Shown piece after piece: positions 21,487-33,638 of a stretch of 39,324 nucleotides of DNA. Numbering within the stretch: the stretch's first letter is position 1; the number at the start of each line of letters is the position of its first letter. The stretch spans positions 1 to 39,324 of the forward strand of contig JANOTM010000006.1 in NCBI GenBank assembly GCA_031416355.1. Reading direction: 5' to 3'. The notes below the pieces were generated by a model. That model made no database searches. It was not told where the DNA came from and saw only the letters and a program-made list of their open reading frames with translations. Origin of the DNA: Gammaproteobacteria bacterium (lineage in GTDB: Bacteria > Pseudomonadota > Gammaproteobacteria > Acidiferrobacterales > UBA6901). The position numbers were made by a program, and so were the translations under genes.

Positions 21487-22584
21487 TCAACGCTCCCGAA
21501 TACTCTCATGCCCCGCCTGCAACAACGGACTCAGAAAATACTCAATCAACCGGCGTTTGCCGGTTTTGATTTCGACCGCGACGCTCATGCCGGGGGTGAG
21601 GCGGATTTCTTTGGCGTCTACCTGGATGGTGGAACGGGTGAGGCTGACCTTGGCGGTGTAGACCAGGCCGACCTTGTCGATTTGTACGGCGTCGCGTGAC
21701 AGGCTGGTGACTTTGCCTTCGACGGTGCCGTAGCGGGTGAAGGGGAAGGCGTCGATCTTGACTTCGGCGTCTTGGCCTTCGTTGATAAAGCCGATGTCTT
21801 TGTTTTCGAGTATGGCTTCGACTTCGAGTTGGCCGTCTTCGGGGGCGACGACCAGGAGTTGTTGGGCGGGGGTGACGATGCCGCCTACGGTGTGGACGGC
21901 GAGTTGTTGGACTACGCCGGCTATGGGGGCGGTGAGGTGTTGGGCGCCGGCGCGGGTGCCGGCCTTGGTCATTTCATGGGTGAGGGAGCGGGCGCGGATT
22001 TCGGCGGCGGATAGGGCGGTGCTGAATTCATTGGCTTTTTCGGCGCGTTCGCGTTCGACTTCGAGGTATTTGAGGCGGGCGACGTATTCCTGTTGGTACA
22101 GGGTTTTGTAGGCGGCGGCTTGGCTTTTGAGGGCGCGATATTCGGTGAGCTGGTCGTGCAGGCGGGCGCGTTCGGCTTGTACTAGGGCGGGGTTGGCGCC
22201 TGCGGGGACATCGAACCTGTCCTTGTCCGCTAGCAGGGCGCGTAGGCGCGCGACTTCGATGACGGCGGCGTGGTGTTCGTGTTGAAAGCGTTCTTGGTCG
22301 GGGCTGGCGGTGGTGTCGAGTTCGATGAGGGCGTCGCCCTGTTTTACACGGTCGCCGTCGCGTACGTGTATGGCTTTGATGACGCCGGCCTCTAGAGGTT
22401 GAATGACCTTGGAGCGGTCGCTTTGTATGACCTTGCCTTGGGCTACGGCGATGATGTCGATCTTGCCGAAGGCGGACCACAACAAGGCGACGGCGAATAC
22501 GCTGGTGATCGTTAGTGCCACTGCGCGGCCGGCGGGGGATGGTGGGGATACTTGGACTTCCAGCACTGCGGGTAAGAATTCCAA
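21487..22584 (-). CDS. hlyD: HlyD-family type I secretion membrane-fusion protein. It is orphan and its native start codon is missing
   Basis: Collinear with E. coli HlyD from EFLPAVLEVQVSPPSP, through the TM helix, to the terminal …EYFLSPLLQAGHESIRER. Homology continues upstream of the TTG at 22584 (…LQRHITAWQIAWATAQREEPLTVPKGKE) up to a stop at 22771-22773, with no ATG/GTG/TTG in between. Confidence 0.8.
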   Translation of the reverse strand: MEFLPAVLEVQVSPPSPAGRAVALTITSVFAVALLWSAFGKIDIIAVAQGKVIQSDRSKVIQPLEAGVIKAIHVRDGDRVKQGDALIELDTTASPDQERFQHEHHAAVIEVARLRALLADKDRFDVPAGANPALVQAERARLHDQLTEYRALKSQAAAYKTLYQQEYVARLKYLEVERERAEKANEFSTALSAAEIRARSLTHEMTKAGTRAGAQHLTAPIAGVVQQLAVHTVGGIVTPAQQLLVVAPEDGQLEVEAILENKDIGFINEGQDAEVKIDAFPFTRYGTVEGKVTSLSRDAVQIDKVGLVYTAKVSLTRSTIQVDAKEIRLTPGMSVAVEIKTGKRRLIEYFLSPLLQAGHESIRER

Positions 22585-22695
22585 TTCCTTGCCTTTGGGT
22601 ACGGTGAGGGGTTCTTCGCGCTGGGCCGTGGCCCAGGCGATTTGCCAGGCGGTGATGTGGCGTTGTAGGCCTTCGCGTATGGGGTGGGTCTGTTT

Positions 22696-22763
22696 GTAGG
22701 GTGGGGGCCCAGCACCACCGATTTTCCCTGTATCGGATGATGGTGGGGCAGGGCCCCACCCTC
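22696..22763. repeat. Degenerate REP-like inverted doublet lying over the 5' end of the hlyD reading frame
   Basis: GTAGGGTGGGGGCCCAGCACCACC … GGTGGGGCAGGGCCCCACCCTC. The arms resemble the GTAGGGTGGGCA..GCCCACC elements at 16019 and 35217. Confidence 0.55.
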
Positions 22764-22821
22764 TCGCGGGCTAGGTCGCACACGCGCATAATCGAAGCCA
22801 GTCTCGGCGGGGGGAGCGGCG

Positions 22822-24291
22822 ATGTTCCGGTTCGCGTGTGCATGGTCGGTGGTGGTGGCCGTGGTGTTGACGGCGGGATCCGGCGCCGCCACGTGGCAGG
22901 AAGCGGGTTGGATCGAGGACTTTGAGATCGCTCTCGACACCGCGCGTCGTTCGGGCAAGCCGGTGTTCGTCTACTTCGACGCCCCGTGGTGCAGCTGGTG
23001 CCAGCAGTACCGGCGCGACACGCTCGACAAGCCCGAGGTGCGGCAGGTGCTGGCGCGCGACTACGTTCCGGTCGTGGTGAATTACGACGCCCGCCCCGAG
23101 CTGATGCAGCGCTACGGCGGCAAGGGCCTGCCGTTTACCGTGCTGCTGTCGCCGCAGGCGCAGGTGCGCAACCGGTTCGTGGGCGTGATGACGCCCACCG
23201 ACCTCATTGACCTGCTCGCCAGGTTTCGAACCGGCGCGGCCGCGCCGCCGCCCGCGTTCGAAGCGGGACACGTCGTGCGGGTGGAGTCGCTCGATCGGCG
23301 CGGTTACGACGCCTTCCGCCGCGCCTTCCTCGCGCACCTCGAATCGCTGTATGACGCGCGCGCCGGCACCTTGATCGGTCGCTTCGAGACCGGCGCCACG
23401 TTGAAGCGTCCGTCGCCGCTCAGCTGGATCTATTTGATGGACCACGGCCTGTGGCCGGAGCGCGTACCGCGGGCAGCGGCGGCCGAGCGCGAGCGTCTGC
23501 ACGACCCACTCGACGGAGGATTCTTCAACTTTCTCGATCCTTCGCGTCCGGGCGGCGAGTATCTGGAGTCGTCGAAGATACTCGAGAGCAATGCCTGGCT
23601 CGCGGCCTGGATGGCGCGGGCCGGAAAAGAGAACGCCGTCGCGGCGCGCTCCGGTTGGTTCTACCTGCGAGATGTCCTGTGGGACAAAGAGCGCGGTGGA
23701 TTCTGGCAGGCGCAGGTGGCGGACGAAGGCTACTATCGCCTGCCGCGCGCCGAGCGCCGCCAGCGGACACCCCCGGCGCTCGATCGCATCAAGCGCGCGG
23801 ATACCAACGCCCAGGCGGCGCTGGCGCTGTTGCGCATGGGGCAGGCGTTAAAGGATTCGCGCATGATCGACTTCGCGGCGCGGACGCTCGACTTCGTGCT
23901 GGTCACCATGGTGCGCGAGGACGCGCTGTATCACGCGTGGCGCGAGGGCGGTCTCACCGGCCCGGGATTGCCGCAAGACCTGTTCTGGGTGCTGGCAGCG
24001 GGCGCCGAGCTCGAACGCGAGCGGCCCGATGCGAAACGCCGCGCGGTGCTGGACCGGCTGCGCATCGAAGCCGCGCGCTGGCTGGCGCAACGAATGCGCG
24101 CAAATGAAATCTTGCCTGTGGAGTTTGCCGGCCTGATCGCGTGGGTGGCGCGGGACGAGGCGGGGCCGTTCCCGCCGGGCGCACGCGACTGGGCGCTGCG
24201 CCAACTGCGTATCGAGGCCGAGACCGCGCCGGATGAGCTGGTATTGGGCCTGCGCGCGTGGGACACCGCGCGGCCGCAGCGCACGCGTTAG
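22822..24291 (+). CDS. Secreted thioredoxin-fold protein of the DUF255/YyaL type, with a helical (alpha/alpha-toroid-like) C-terminal region
   Basis: Signal peptide MFRFACAWSVVVAVVLTAGSGAA. The pattern …ALDTARRSGKPVFVYFDAPWCSWCQQY…DYVPVVVNYDARPELMQRY matches the DUF255 pattern, with CxxC at 22990-23001. A later block is DPLDGGFFNF…ESSKILESNAWL. Confidence 0.6.
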   Translation: MFRFACAWSVVVAVVLTAGSGAATWQEAGWIEDFEIALDTARRSGKPVFVYFDAPWCSWCQQYRRDTLDKPEVRQVLARDYVPVVVNYDARPELMQRYGGKGLPFTVLLSPQAQVRNRFVGVMTPTDLIDLLARFRTGAAAPPPAFEAGHVVRVESLDRRGYDAFRRAFLAHLESLYDARAGTLIGRFETGATLKRPSPLSWIYLMDHGLWPERVPRAAAAERERLHDPLDGGFFNFLDPSRPGGEYLESSKILESNAWLAAWMARAGKENAVAARSGWFYLRDVLWDKERGGFWQAQVADEGYYRLPRAERRQRTPPALDRIKRADTNAQAALALLRMGQALKDSRMIDFAARTLDFVLVTMVREDALYHAWREGGLTGPGLPQDLFWVLAAGAELERERPDAKRRAVLDRLRIEAARWLAQRMRANEILPVEFAGLIAWVARDEAGPFPPGARDWALRQLRIEAETAPDELVLGLRAWDTARPQRTR

Positions 24292-24564
24292 TTCTGTGGT
24301 ATCTGCGTCAGGTAAATTTTGTGGCGTTTTTTGCGCCGTTTATCAACGGCGGTTCCGGGACGACGCCTTCAAGTTGTGTAAGCGTTGTTGCACAGGCGCG
24401 CACCACGCCCAAGACGCTTGTTGGCAAGGGGAGTTCCACGCGCCGAGCCCCGCGCACATGGCGCTGTTAAAGTTTCCGACGCCAGGCTTTGCACGCAGAG
24501 GAGCGCGGACTCGTTCACCCGGTGACGGGGGAAGACAGGCAGTGGGCCGCGTCCCCCGCCGCGC

Positions 24565-27531
<2,967 letters not shown>

Positions 27532-28061
27532 AGCTGTTCCTTGTGCAGGAGCTGCCGGATACGCAGCGCCTCATTATGGAGCCGCAGATATTCGCCCGCG
27601 CTGTGGCGCCAGGAAAAATACTGGCGCATGCCGGTTAACTGAATCTACTTCCAGGAACGCCGGTCGCGGTACAACGCCAACGCGCGCCGTGCGGCGCCGG
27701 TGGTGATCGCCACGCTTGCCTCCACCACAAGTATAGAAGGTATAAAGCCCCTTTTCCCTGAAAACCATCGTCCGTGGTCCGGGTTCAGTAACCCGTGATC
27801 GCGCTCCTCGCCAGATGCACGCATCCGAGTTTTGGGAAGAATGCGGCAGAGAGACCCAAATCAGCAAACCGGCGGGCGTTTTCGTGGGCGGGAATGGCGC
27901 CCGCCTGACAGTGAACGCGAGAGCACCCGTGCCGATGCCCCGTGAGGCATCGCTGCGATGCGGCGTGTGTACTCAGATTAGAACAGGTGGCCAAACACCA
28001 CGGTAGCGGACCACCTGCAAGTAGCTGGAGCTGTTTCCGTAGGTCAGTAGGGTCAAATGAC

Positions 28062-28118
28062 ATGTCTCGCCCCCTGCGACTGGAGTTTGCAGGCGCGCTC
28101 TACCACGTCACTTCGAGG
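28062..28118 (+). pseudogene. 19-codon N-terminal stub of a REP-associated tyrosine transposase (RAYT, IS200/IS605-like Y1 family)
   Basis: MSRPLRLEFAGALYHVTSR matches the conserved RAYT N-terminus (M.RP.R.EF.GA.YHVTSRGN…). Similarity ends abruptly after HVTSR. Confidence 0.5.
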
Positions 28119-28521
28119 ACCTCAGGGTCATGTTTTGTCTTTTACCTTCTCCGCCACCGTCACGATCCGGCACGGGCGAGCGTGCGGTAGACCGCAACCA
28201 AGTTACCCAGAGGACAGTTTGCGGCCAGAAGCAGCCGGTCGGCCCAGCCTAGAAGCGGTCGTTCAACATCAATGCTCAGTGGCGGCAAAGCCATCCGCTG
28301 CAGCGCCTTGGGCATAGTCGCTTAGATGCGGTTCTTTTCCACAAGCCTTCGGTAGTGCTCTCCGAGCGCAGTAAGCCTGCACGCCTTACTCTCCATCGCA
28401 GCGTTCCACATGTGAGGCGCGTCCACTGGAACAAGTAAATTTAGTCTGTTGTATCTCTGAAGCACTGCGAACGATCGTGTGTTCTCGGGATTCGGAGGGG
28501 GCATTCCAAGGCCCCGGCCCA

Positions 28522-30042
28522 TCATTTCCGGCTCGTAGGTCGGATCGAGAGGAAACTCGAAACCGGGCGAGGGAAAAACTCAGTAAGTCGGCGCAAGTCC
28601 GAAGTAGGAATCGGAGGCGACATCTTCCGCAAGGAAACAAACTGCTTCACGTTAGTTTTAAGGACGGGTCTCTGTTCCCAGGCGCCAAGCGATTGATCTA
28701 TGTGTGCATACACACTGCCAGGAGTAATGTCGCCAGTAAGACCGAGTTTCATGTCACGCTGGGCACTTTGATTCAGCGCGGCTTCCATGCCGGTAAAGTC
28801 TAGGGACAGATTGCCCGCGGTATCGGTGACGATGCCTATGGCCTCCATATAGGGCTTGAGGCGCGTATCCAGCAGGAGTCCGTCATATACCGATTGCCTT
28901 AAGGCGGCATAGCTTTGCGTGAGCAGATCGAGCTGGGCTTGGGCGATGGGCAAAGGGATGATCTTGATGGGGGACTGCAGGCCGGTATTTGCCGGTTGAG
29001 TGGGATCCTTCACACTGTAGGAGACGGTGGCGCTTTGTTGGCGTAGCAAGACTTGGTCGAAATTGAAGAAATACCTTCCATTGAATTTCTCAAGCGTATC
29101 CAGCAGGTTGATCCAGTATTTGAATTCGGGACTTTGCAGGCTTTGGTAGGTTTGCCAGAACACCGAGGTGCTGGGGGGTGCCGCACCGGAGGCGACGGTA
29201 AAATTATTGGCGGCGGTTTGTAGCGATTGCACCGTGAGATTGCCAAACGACAACATGGGCAGCAGGTTATTGGCGATGGCGCGGTCAACGAAGTTGGTGA
29301 GATTGCTGGTATTGCCTCAAGCGTCGATCAGCCCATCGAGCTGGGCCAGTTGAGCGGCGCGCGTGGGGGCGGCGGCGTAATTCGTGAGGGCGGTAGTCAG
29401 AGCAGGGCTTAACGAGGCGGCTTCGCGTAAATCGCGCACCAGGCCGGAGCCGCTCATCGTGGGCAGGGCCTGGGCTGCGGGGGTAATGGCCACGGGGGTG
29501 GTGAAGTTGCTATAAAAGGTGTTTTCCCGAAAGTCCGCGTCGGCGAGTTTACCGGTGGTGGCTAAAGTACTGGTGGTGCCGTTGGCATAGGTGAAGGTGC
29601 CGATATCGGCGATGCGGGAGCCGTCGGGGAGGATTTGGTTGGCGGCGGTCTTGGTCAGAGACAGGGATAGTATATTGAGTTGCGGTAAGCTCAGGAGTTC
29701 GCCAGCTTGGCTTACCGCGCCGCTGTTGGCGTCGCGCCAGACGCGGACGTTGTTGAATTGGGTATCGCTGGCGTTGAAGACGCCATCCTTGTTGGTGTCG
29801 AGATCGGCCAGGGCGGCGAAGCCGTCGAAGGCGGTCTGGCCGTTGCCTAATAAAGTGCTGTCGCCGAACAGTTCTCTGCCACTGTCAATCACACCATTGC
29901 CGTTACGGTCTAGGACCAATAAGCCATCTTGGGGCGTGACCCAACTGGTGGCGGTTTTGATGCCGTCGCCGTCGTGGTCGAATAATATAGGGTTGGTGGG
30001 ATGGCGTTGATGCCGTCGGCGTTGAGGTCCCTTAAGCCTCAC
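28522..30042 (-). pseudogene. Internal fragment of a large RTX-type/T1SS-substrate calcium-binding exoprotein. It has one in-frame TGA (29317-29319) and a 5' frameshift
   Basis: FDHDGDGIKTATSWVTPQDGLLVLDRNGNGVIDSGRELFGDSTLL…FAALADLDTNKDGVFNASDTQFNNVRVWRDANSGAVSQAGELLSLPQLNILSLSL is the D.DGDG/DRNGNG/D.N.DG module common in RTX exoproteins. ORFs 29317-30042 and 28522-29256 share a frame and are separated only by TGA (…[13 protein letters not shown]…). Upstream, DLNADGINAI lies in another frame. Confidence 0.65.
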
Positions 30043-30346
30043 CCATAGCGAAACTATTGTGCATCGACGTATTGTTCCATTCTCCTAAAATGGCGGCATA
30101 ACGGAAAGCGAATACTTGCTCGACACAATAAGCGAATTATCGTACGGCACTAAAAGCGAGCTACAGGACACAGGTATAGCAAAGCCTTCGGAAAAATTGG
30201 CTGAATCTCTCGCTGAAAGGTGCCAGGGTTGGCCAGAATATCGGTTCCTTTACCGATTTCTGGCACGATCGGTTGGTGCCGGATTAAAAGGAAAGCTTGT
30301 TCTAAAACTTCCTTTAAATTACAAGACTGCCAAATTTGCTATGCAG

Positions 30347-30480
30347 TGATCTATACATAGGTCACCAAGCGGTCTAAAGGTCTATGTTTAGATCATTTTA
30401 TCATTGCACAATGCACTGGGTACTGCTAGTATGATCTATACATAGATCACAAGATGATCTTGTGATCTATGTATAAGTCA
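30347..30480 (+). promoter_or_regulatory. hipBA promoter/operator region with three 18-bp palindromic sites
   Basis: The sites are TGATCTATacATAGgTCA (30347-30364), TGATCTATacATAGATCA (30432-30449) and TGATCTATgtATAaGTCA (30463-30480). There is also a perfect nested inverted repeat, AGATCACAAGAT g ATCTTGTGATCT (30444-30468). A candidate -35 TTGCAC (30404-30409) and -10 TAGTAT (30427-30432), 17 nt apart, abut site 2. Confidence 0.6.
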
Positions 30481-30491
30481 TATGCGAAGCC

Positions 30492-30830
30492 ATGCCCAAA
30501 TCAACGACACGTACATATTCCCGCTATAGCCGCGCGGCAATTGCCCTGCTCGGCGGGCTGATTCGTGCTGCCCGCAAGGAACGGAAGATGACGGTATTAG
30601 AAGTATCCGAGCGCGCTGGTATTTCCAGAGGATTGCTACAACGGATCGAAAAAGGCGATCTGAAATGCGGGATCGGCGCAGCCTTCGAAGTTGCTGCAAT
30701 TGTTGGCATCAACCTGTTTGACGCGGAAGAATTATCGCTGACAGGGCGTATCCGTCAAACAGAAGACAAGCTGGCACTGCTGCCGAAATCCGTGCGCAAG
30801 AAAACAAGGGTAGTTACCGATGACTTCTAA
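30492..30830 (+). CDS. hipB: HipB-like XRE-family HTH antitoxin/repressor
   Basis: 112 aa. HTH_XRE core LIRAARKERKMTVLEVSERAGISRGLLQRIEKGD. Overlaps the downstream hipA by 11 nt. Confidence 0.8.
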   Translation: MPKSTTRTYSRYSRAAIALLGGLIRAARKERKMTVLEVSERAGISRGLLQRIEKGDLKCGIGAAFEVAAIVGINLFDAEELSLTGRIRQTEDKLALLPKSVRKKTRVVTDDF

Positions 30831-32082
30831 AAACGCGTACCGCGAAGCGTATGTATGGATTTGGCTACCTGAAGCAACAACACCCGTTGTGGCCGGAAAG
30901 TTGGAGGCTGAAAACGGCAATTTTCTGTTCAACTACGGCAAAACCTACCTTGAGAGAATGAACGATAAGCCCGCGGCCATTTCCATTTACGAGCCTGAGC
31001 TTCCATTGAAGGCAGGCGTGTTACCGCTGCCAGATGGGCTGCACATGCCCAGCTCCATCCGTGATGCCGCTCCCGATGCTTGGGGTCGGCGGGTCATCAT
31101 CAATAAAAAGCTGGGGCTCAGAGGCACGAACACAGATACCACGACACTGGATGAACTGACTTACCTTCTAGAGTCTGGTTCTGACCGGATCGGTGCGCTA
31201 GATTTCCAGCACTCACCGAGCGAATACGTCCCACGTTCCGCGGCAAACGTGACCTTGGAGGAGTTGCTTGAATCAGCTCAGCGTGTTGAACGCGGTGTGC
31301 CACTAACGCCCGAACTCGATCAAGCCCTGTTCCACGGAAGTTCTATCGGCGGCGCGCGTCCCAAGGCTCTGGTCGAAGATCGAGACAAGAAGTATGTCGC
31401 CAAATTCTCTTCGGACTCGGATTTATACAGCGTCGTCAAAGTTGAATATATCGCCATGAGGCTGGCCGCACTCGCGGGTCTTAATGTTGCTCCGGTCAAG
31501 TTAATCACCGCGGCAAACAAGGACGTGCTGCTCATTGAACGTTTTGATCGCAAGAAGACGCCAAAAGGATGGACACGCAAGGCCATGGTTTCCGCACTCA
31601 CCCTCTTTGCTCTTGATGATATGGCAGCAAGATATGCAAGCTATGAAACGCTGGCGGAAATCATCCGTCACCGCTTTACCAATCCAAAGAAAACGCTGGA
31701 AGAACTTTTCTCCCGTCTTGTCTTTAACATTCTTTGCGGCAATACGGATGACCACGCACGTAATCATGCGGCCTTCTGGAACGGAAAGAACCTCCGCCTC
31801 ACGCCGGCTTACGATATCTGTCCCCAGGGGCGAACAGGCAATGAGGCATCGCAAGCAATGCTGATTTCGGGGAACAACAATTTGAGTAAGCTCACTACGT
31901 GCCTTAAAACAGCCAGCAACTTTCATCTTTCGGAAGAGGATGCGCACGCGATCATTGAGAAACAGAAGGCAACCATAGAGACTCGCTGGGATGACGTGTG
32001 CGATGAAGCCAAACTCAGCGAAGTAGACAGGAATCTATTCTGGAAACGGCAGTTTCTTAACCCTTTTGCATTCCAGGACTAA
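30820..32082 (+). CDS. hipA: HipA-family serine/threonine-protein kinase toxin (type II TA)
   Basis: 420 aa. HipA N-terminal coupling domain. GSSIGGARPKALV loop, catalytic GNTDDHARNHAAFW, and YDICP. Confidence 0.85.
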   Translation: MTSKNAYREAYVWIWLPEATTPVVAGKLEAENGNFLFNYGKTYLERMNDKPAAISIYEPELPLKAGVLPLPDGLHMPSSIRDAAPDAWGRRVIINKKLGLRGTNTDTTTLDELTYLLESGSDRIGALDFQHSPSEYVPRSAANVTLEELLESAQRVERGVPLTPELDQALFHGSSIGGARPKALVEDRDKKYVAKFSSDSDLYSVVKVEYIAMRLAALAGLNVAPVKLITAANKDVLLIERFDRKKTPKGWTRKAMVSALTLFALDDMAARYASYETLAEIIRHRFTNPKKTLEELFSRLVFNILCGNTDDHARNHAAFWNGKNLRLTPAYDICPQGRTGNEASQAMLISGNNNLSKLTTCLKTASNFHLSEEDAHAIIEKQKATIETRWDDVCDEAKLSEVDRNLFWKRQFLNPFAFQD

Positions 32083-32160
32083 AACACTTATCCCGCCGTT
32101 TATGCGTCACGGCGAAGATGTATATGTCTCGTGCGTTGATCTGGTCAGTGAAGCATCGCC

Positions 32161-33606
32161 CTAGGCCATGCCCCGAATGGCACGCGCGCACAATTCCATA
32201 AGCGTGCCCACCCACGGGGTAATAGCCACCATGGCCAGGGCGTTGATCCCAAGAAGAATGCGGAAATCCTTACTGGCCGTAATCGGTGCGACGTCGACCG
32301 GGGCGTCGAAATACATGAGCTTGATCACCCGCAGATAATAAAACGCACCTATAACAGACAATAGCACCGCGGCCACCGCCAACCATACCAGGTCGGCGGC
32401 TAGGGCCGCTTGTATGACCAGCAACTTGGCATAGAAGCCGGCGGTGGGGGGAATGCCGGCCATGGAGAACATGAGCAGCAACATTAATAGCGCATGCCAC
32501 GGGCTGCGTTGGTTGAGGCCGCGATAGTCGTCGAGGTGCTCGGCCTCGAAACCGGCGCGGGACAATAAAATAATCATGCCAAAGCCTCCCAGGCTCATGG
32601 CGGTGTACACCAGCATGTAGAACATGGCGGCACCATAACCATTGGGACTGGCGCTCAATATGCCCAGCAGAAAAAACCCCATGTGCGAAATGGTGGAGTA
32701 CGCGAGCATGCGTTTAATATTGGTCTGGGCGATGGCAACGATGTTGCCTATGGCCATAGACAACAAGGCCATGATGATCAACATGTCCTGCCACACTGGC
32801 GCCAGCTCTTGGAGTCCGCCGACCAACAAGCGCATAACCATGGCCAAGGCCGCCAACTTGGGCGCGGTGCCTAAGTATAAGGTCACGGCGGTGGGCGCAC
32901 CGTGGTAAACGTCGGGTATCCACATATGGAACGGCGCCGCCCCAAGTTTAAAAGAGATGCCCACGATCACAAATACCAAACCAAACACCAAAACCATATT
33001 ATCGATCGGCATAACGCCGATGCGTTCTTTGACCAGGGCAATTTCCAACGTACCGGTGAGGCCATACAATAGGGACATGCCGTACAGCAACATGCCCGAG
33101 GCCAGCGCCCCCAGCACAAAATATTTCATGGCCGCCTCGGTGGCCGCCGCGGAATCGCGCTGAAACGCCACCAAGGCATAGAGGCTGAGGGCGAGCAATT
33201 CCAGCCCCAGGTAAAGGCTGAGAAAATGGCTGGCGGACGCCATGACCATCATGCCGACCATGCCGAAAAGCGCGAGCACGAAATATTCGCCCTTGTACAT
33301 GGCGCGTTCGCGTAAATAGTCGCGCGAATACACCAACACCAAAAAGGTGGCGCCATAGATGGCGAGCTTGAGCACGTCGGACAGGGTGTCGTGCACAAAC
33401 ATATTGTTGAAGGTGTGGCCCGGTTCCGCACCGAAACCGCGCAAGGTCAGCAGTGCCGCGCCGACCAGGGTTAACAAAGATAAACCGTAGCTAAAGTCAC
33501 GGCGCGCATTGGTTAAAAATACATCGACCATGAGTATCACGCACGCCATGGAGAACACGAAGATCTCCGGCAGCACGGGTATGAAATCGGGCGTGACAAA
33601 ATTCAT
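32161..33606 (-). CDS. nuoN: NADH-quinone oxidoreductase subunit N
   Basis: 481-aa polytopic antiporter-like subunit. It is the last gene of the nuo series and follows nuoM after 32 nt. Confidence 0.92.
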   Translation of the reverse strand: MNFVTPDFIPVLPEIFVFSMACVILMVDVFLTNARRDFSYGLSLLTLVGAALLTLRGFGAEPGHTFNNMFVHDTLSDVLKLAIYGATFLVLVYSRDYLRERAMYKGEYFVLALFGMVGMMVMASASHFLSLYLGLELLALSLYALVAFQRDSAAATEAAMKYFVLGALASGMLLYGMSLLYGLTGTLEIALVKERIGVMPIDNMVLVFGLVFVIVGISFKLGAAPFHMWIPDVYHGAPTAVTLYLGTAPKLAALAMVMRLLVGGLQELAPVWQDMLIIMALLSMAIGNIVAIAQTNIKRMLAYSTISHMGFFLLGILSASPNGYGAAMFYMLVYTAMSLGGFGMIILLSRAGFEAEHLDDYRGLNQRSPWHALLMLLLMFSMAGIPPTAGFYAKLLVIQAALAADLVWLAVAAVLLSVIGAFYYLRVIKLMYFDAPVDVAPITASKDFRILLGINALAMVAITPWVGTLMELCARAIRGMA

Positions 33607-33638
33607 GGGGTTTTTCCGTTCATCATGGTCTCACCAGC

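Noticed and set aside
22028-23502. Minus-strand ORFs 22028-22843 (271 aa), 22512-22958 and 22771-23502
   Set aside because: They are Arg/Pro-rich alternative frames overlapping hlyD or antisense to the DUF255 gene. There is no domain signal.
30116-30349. 77-aa plus-strand ORF upstream of hipB
   Set aside because: It has a TTG start and no RBS. No family was recognised. It ends inside the first hipB operator palindrome, so it is probably a chance ORF or a remnant.
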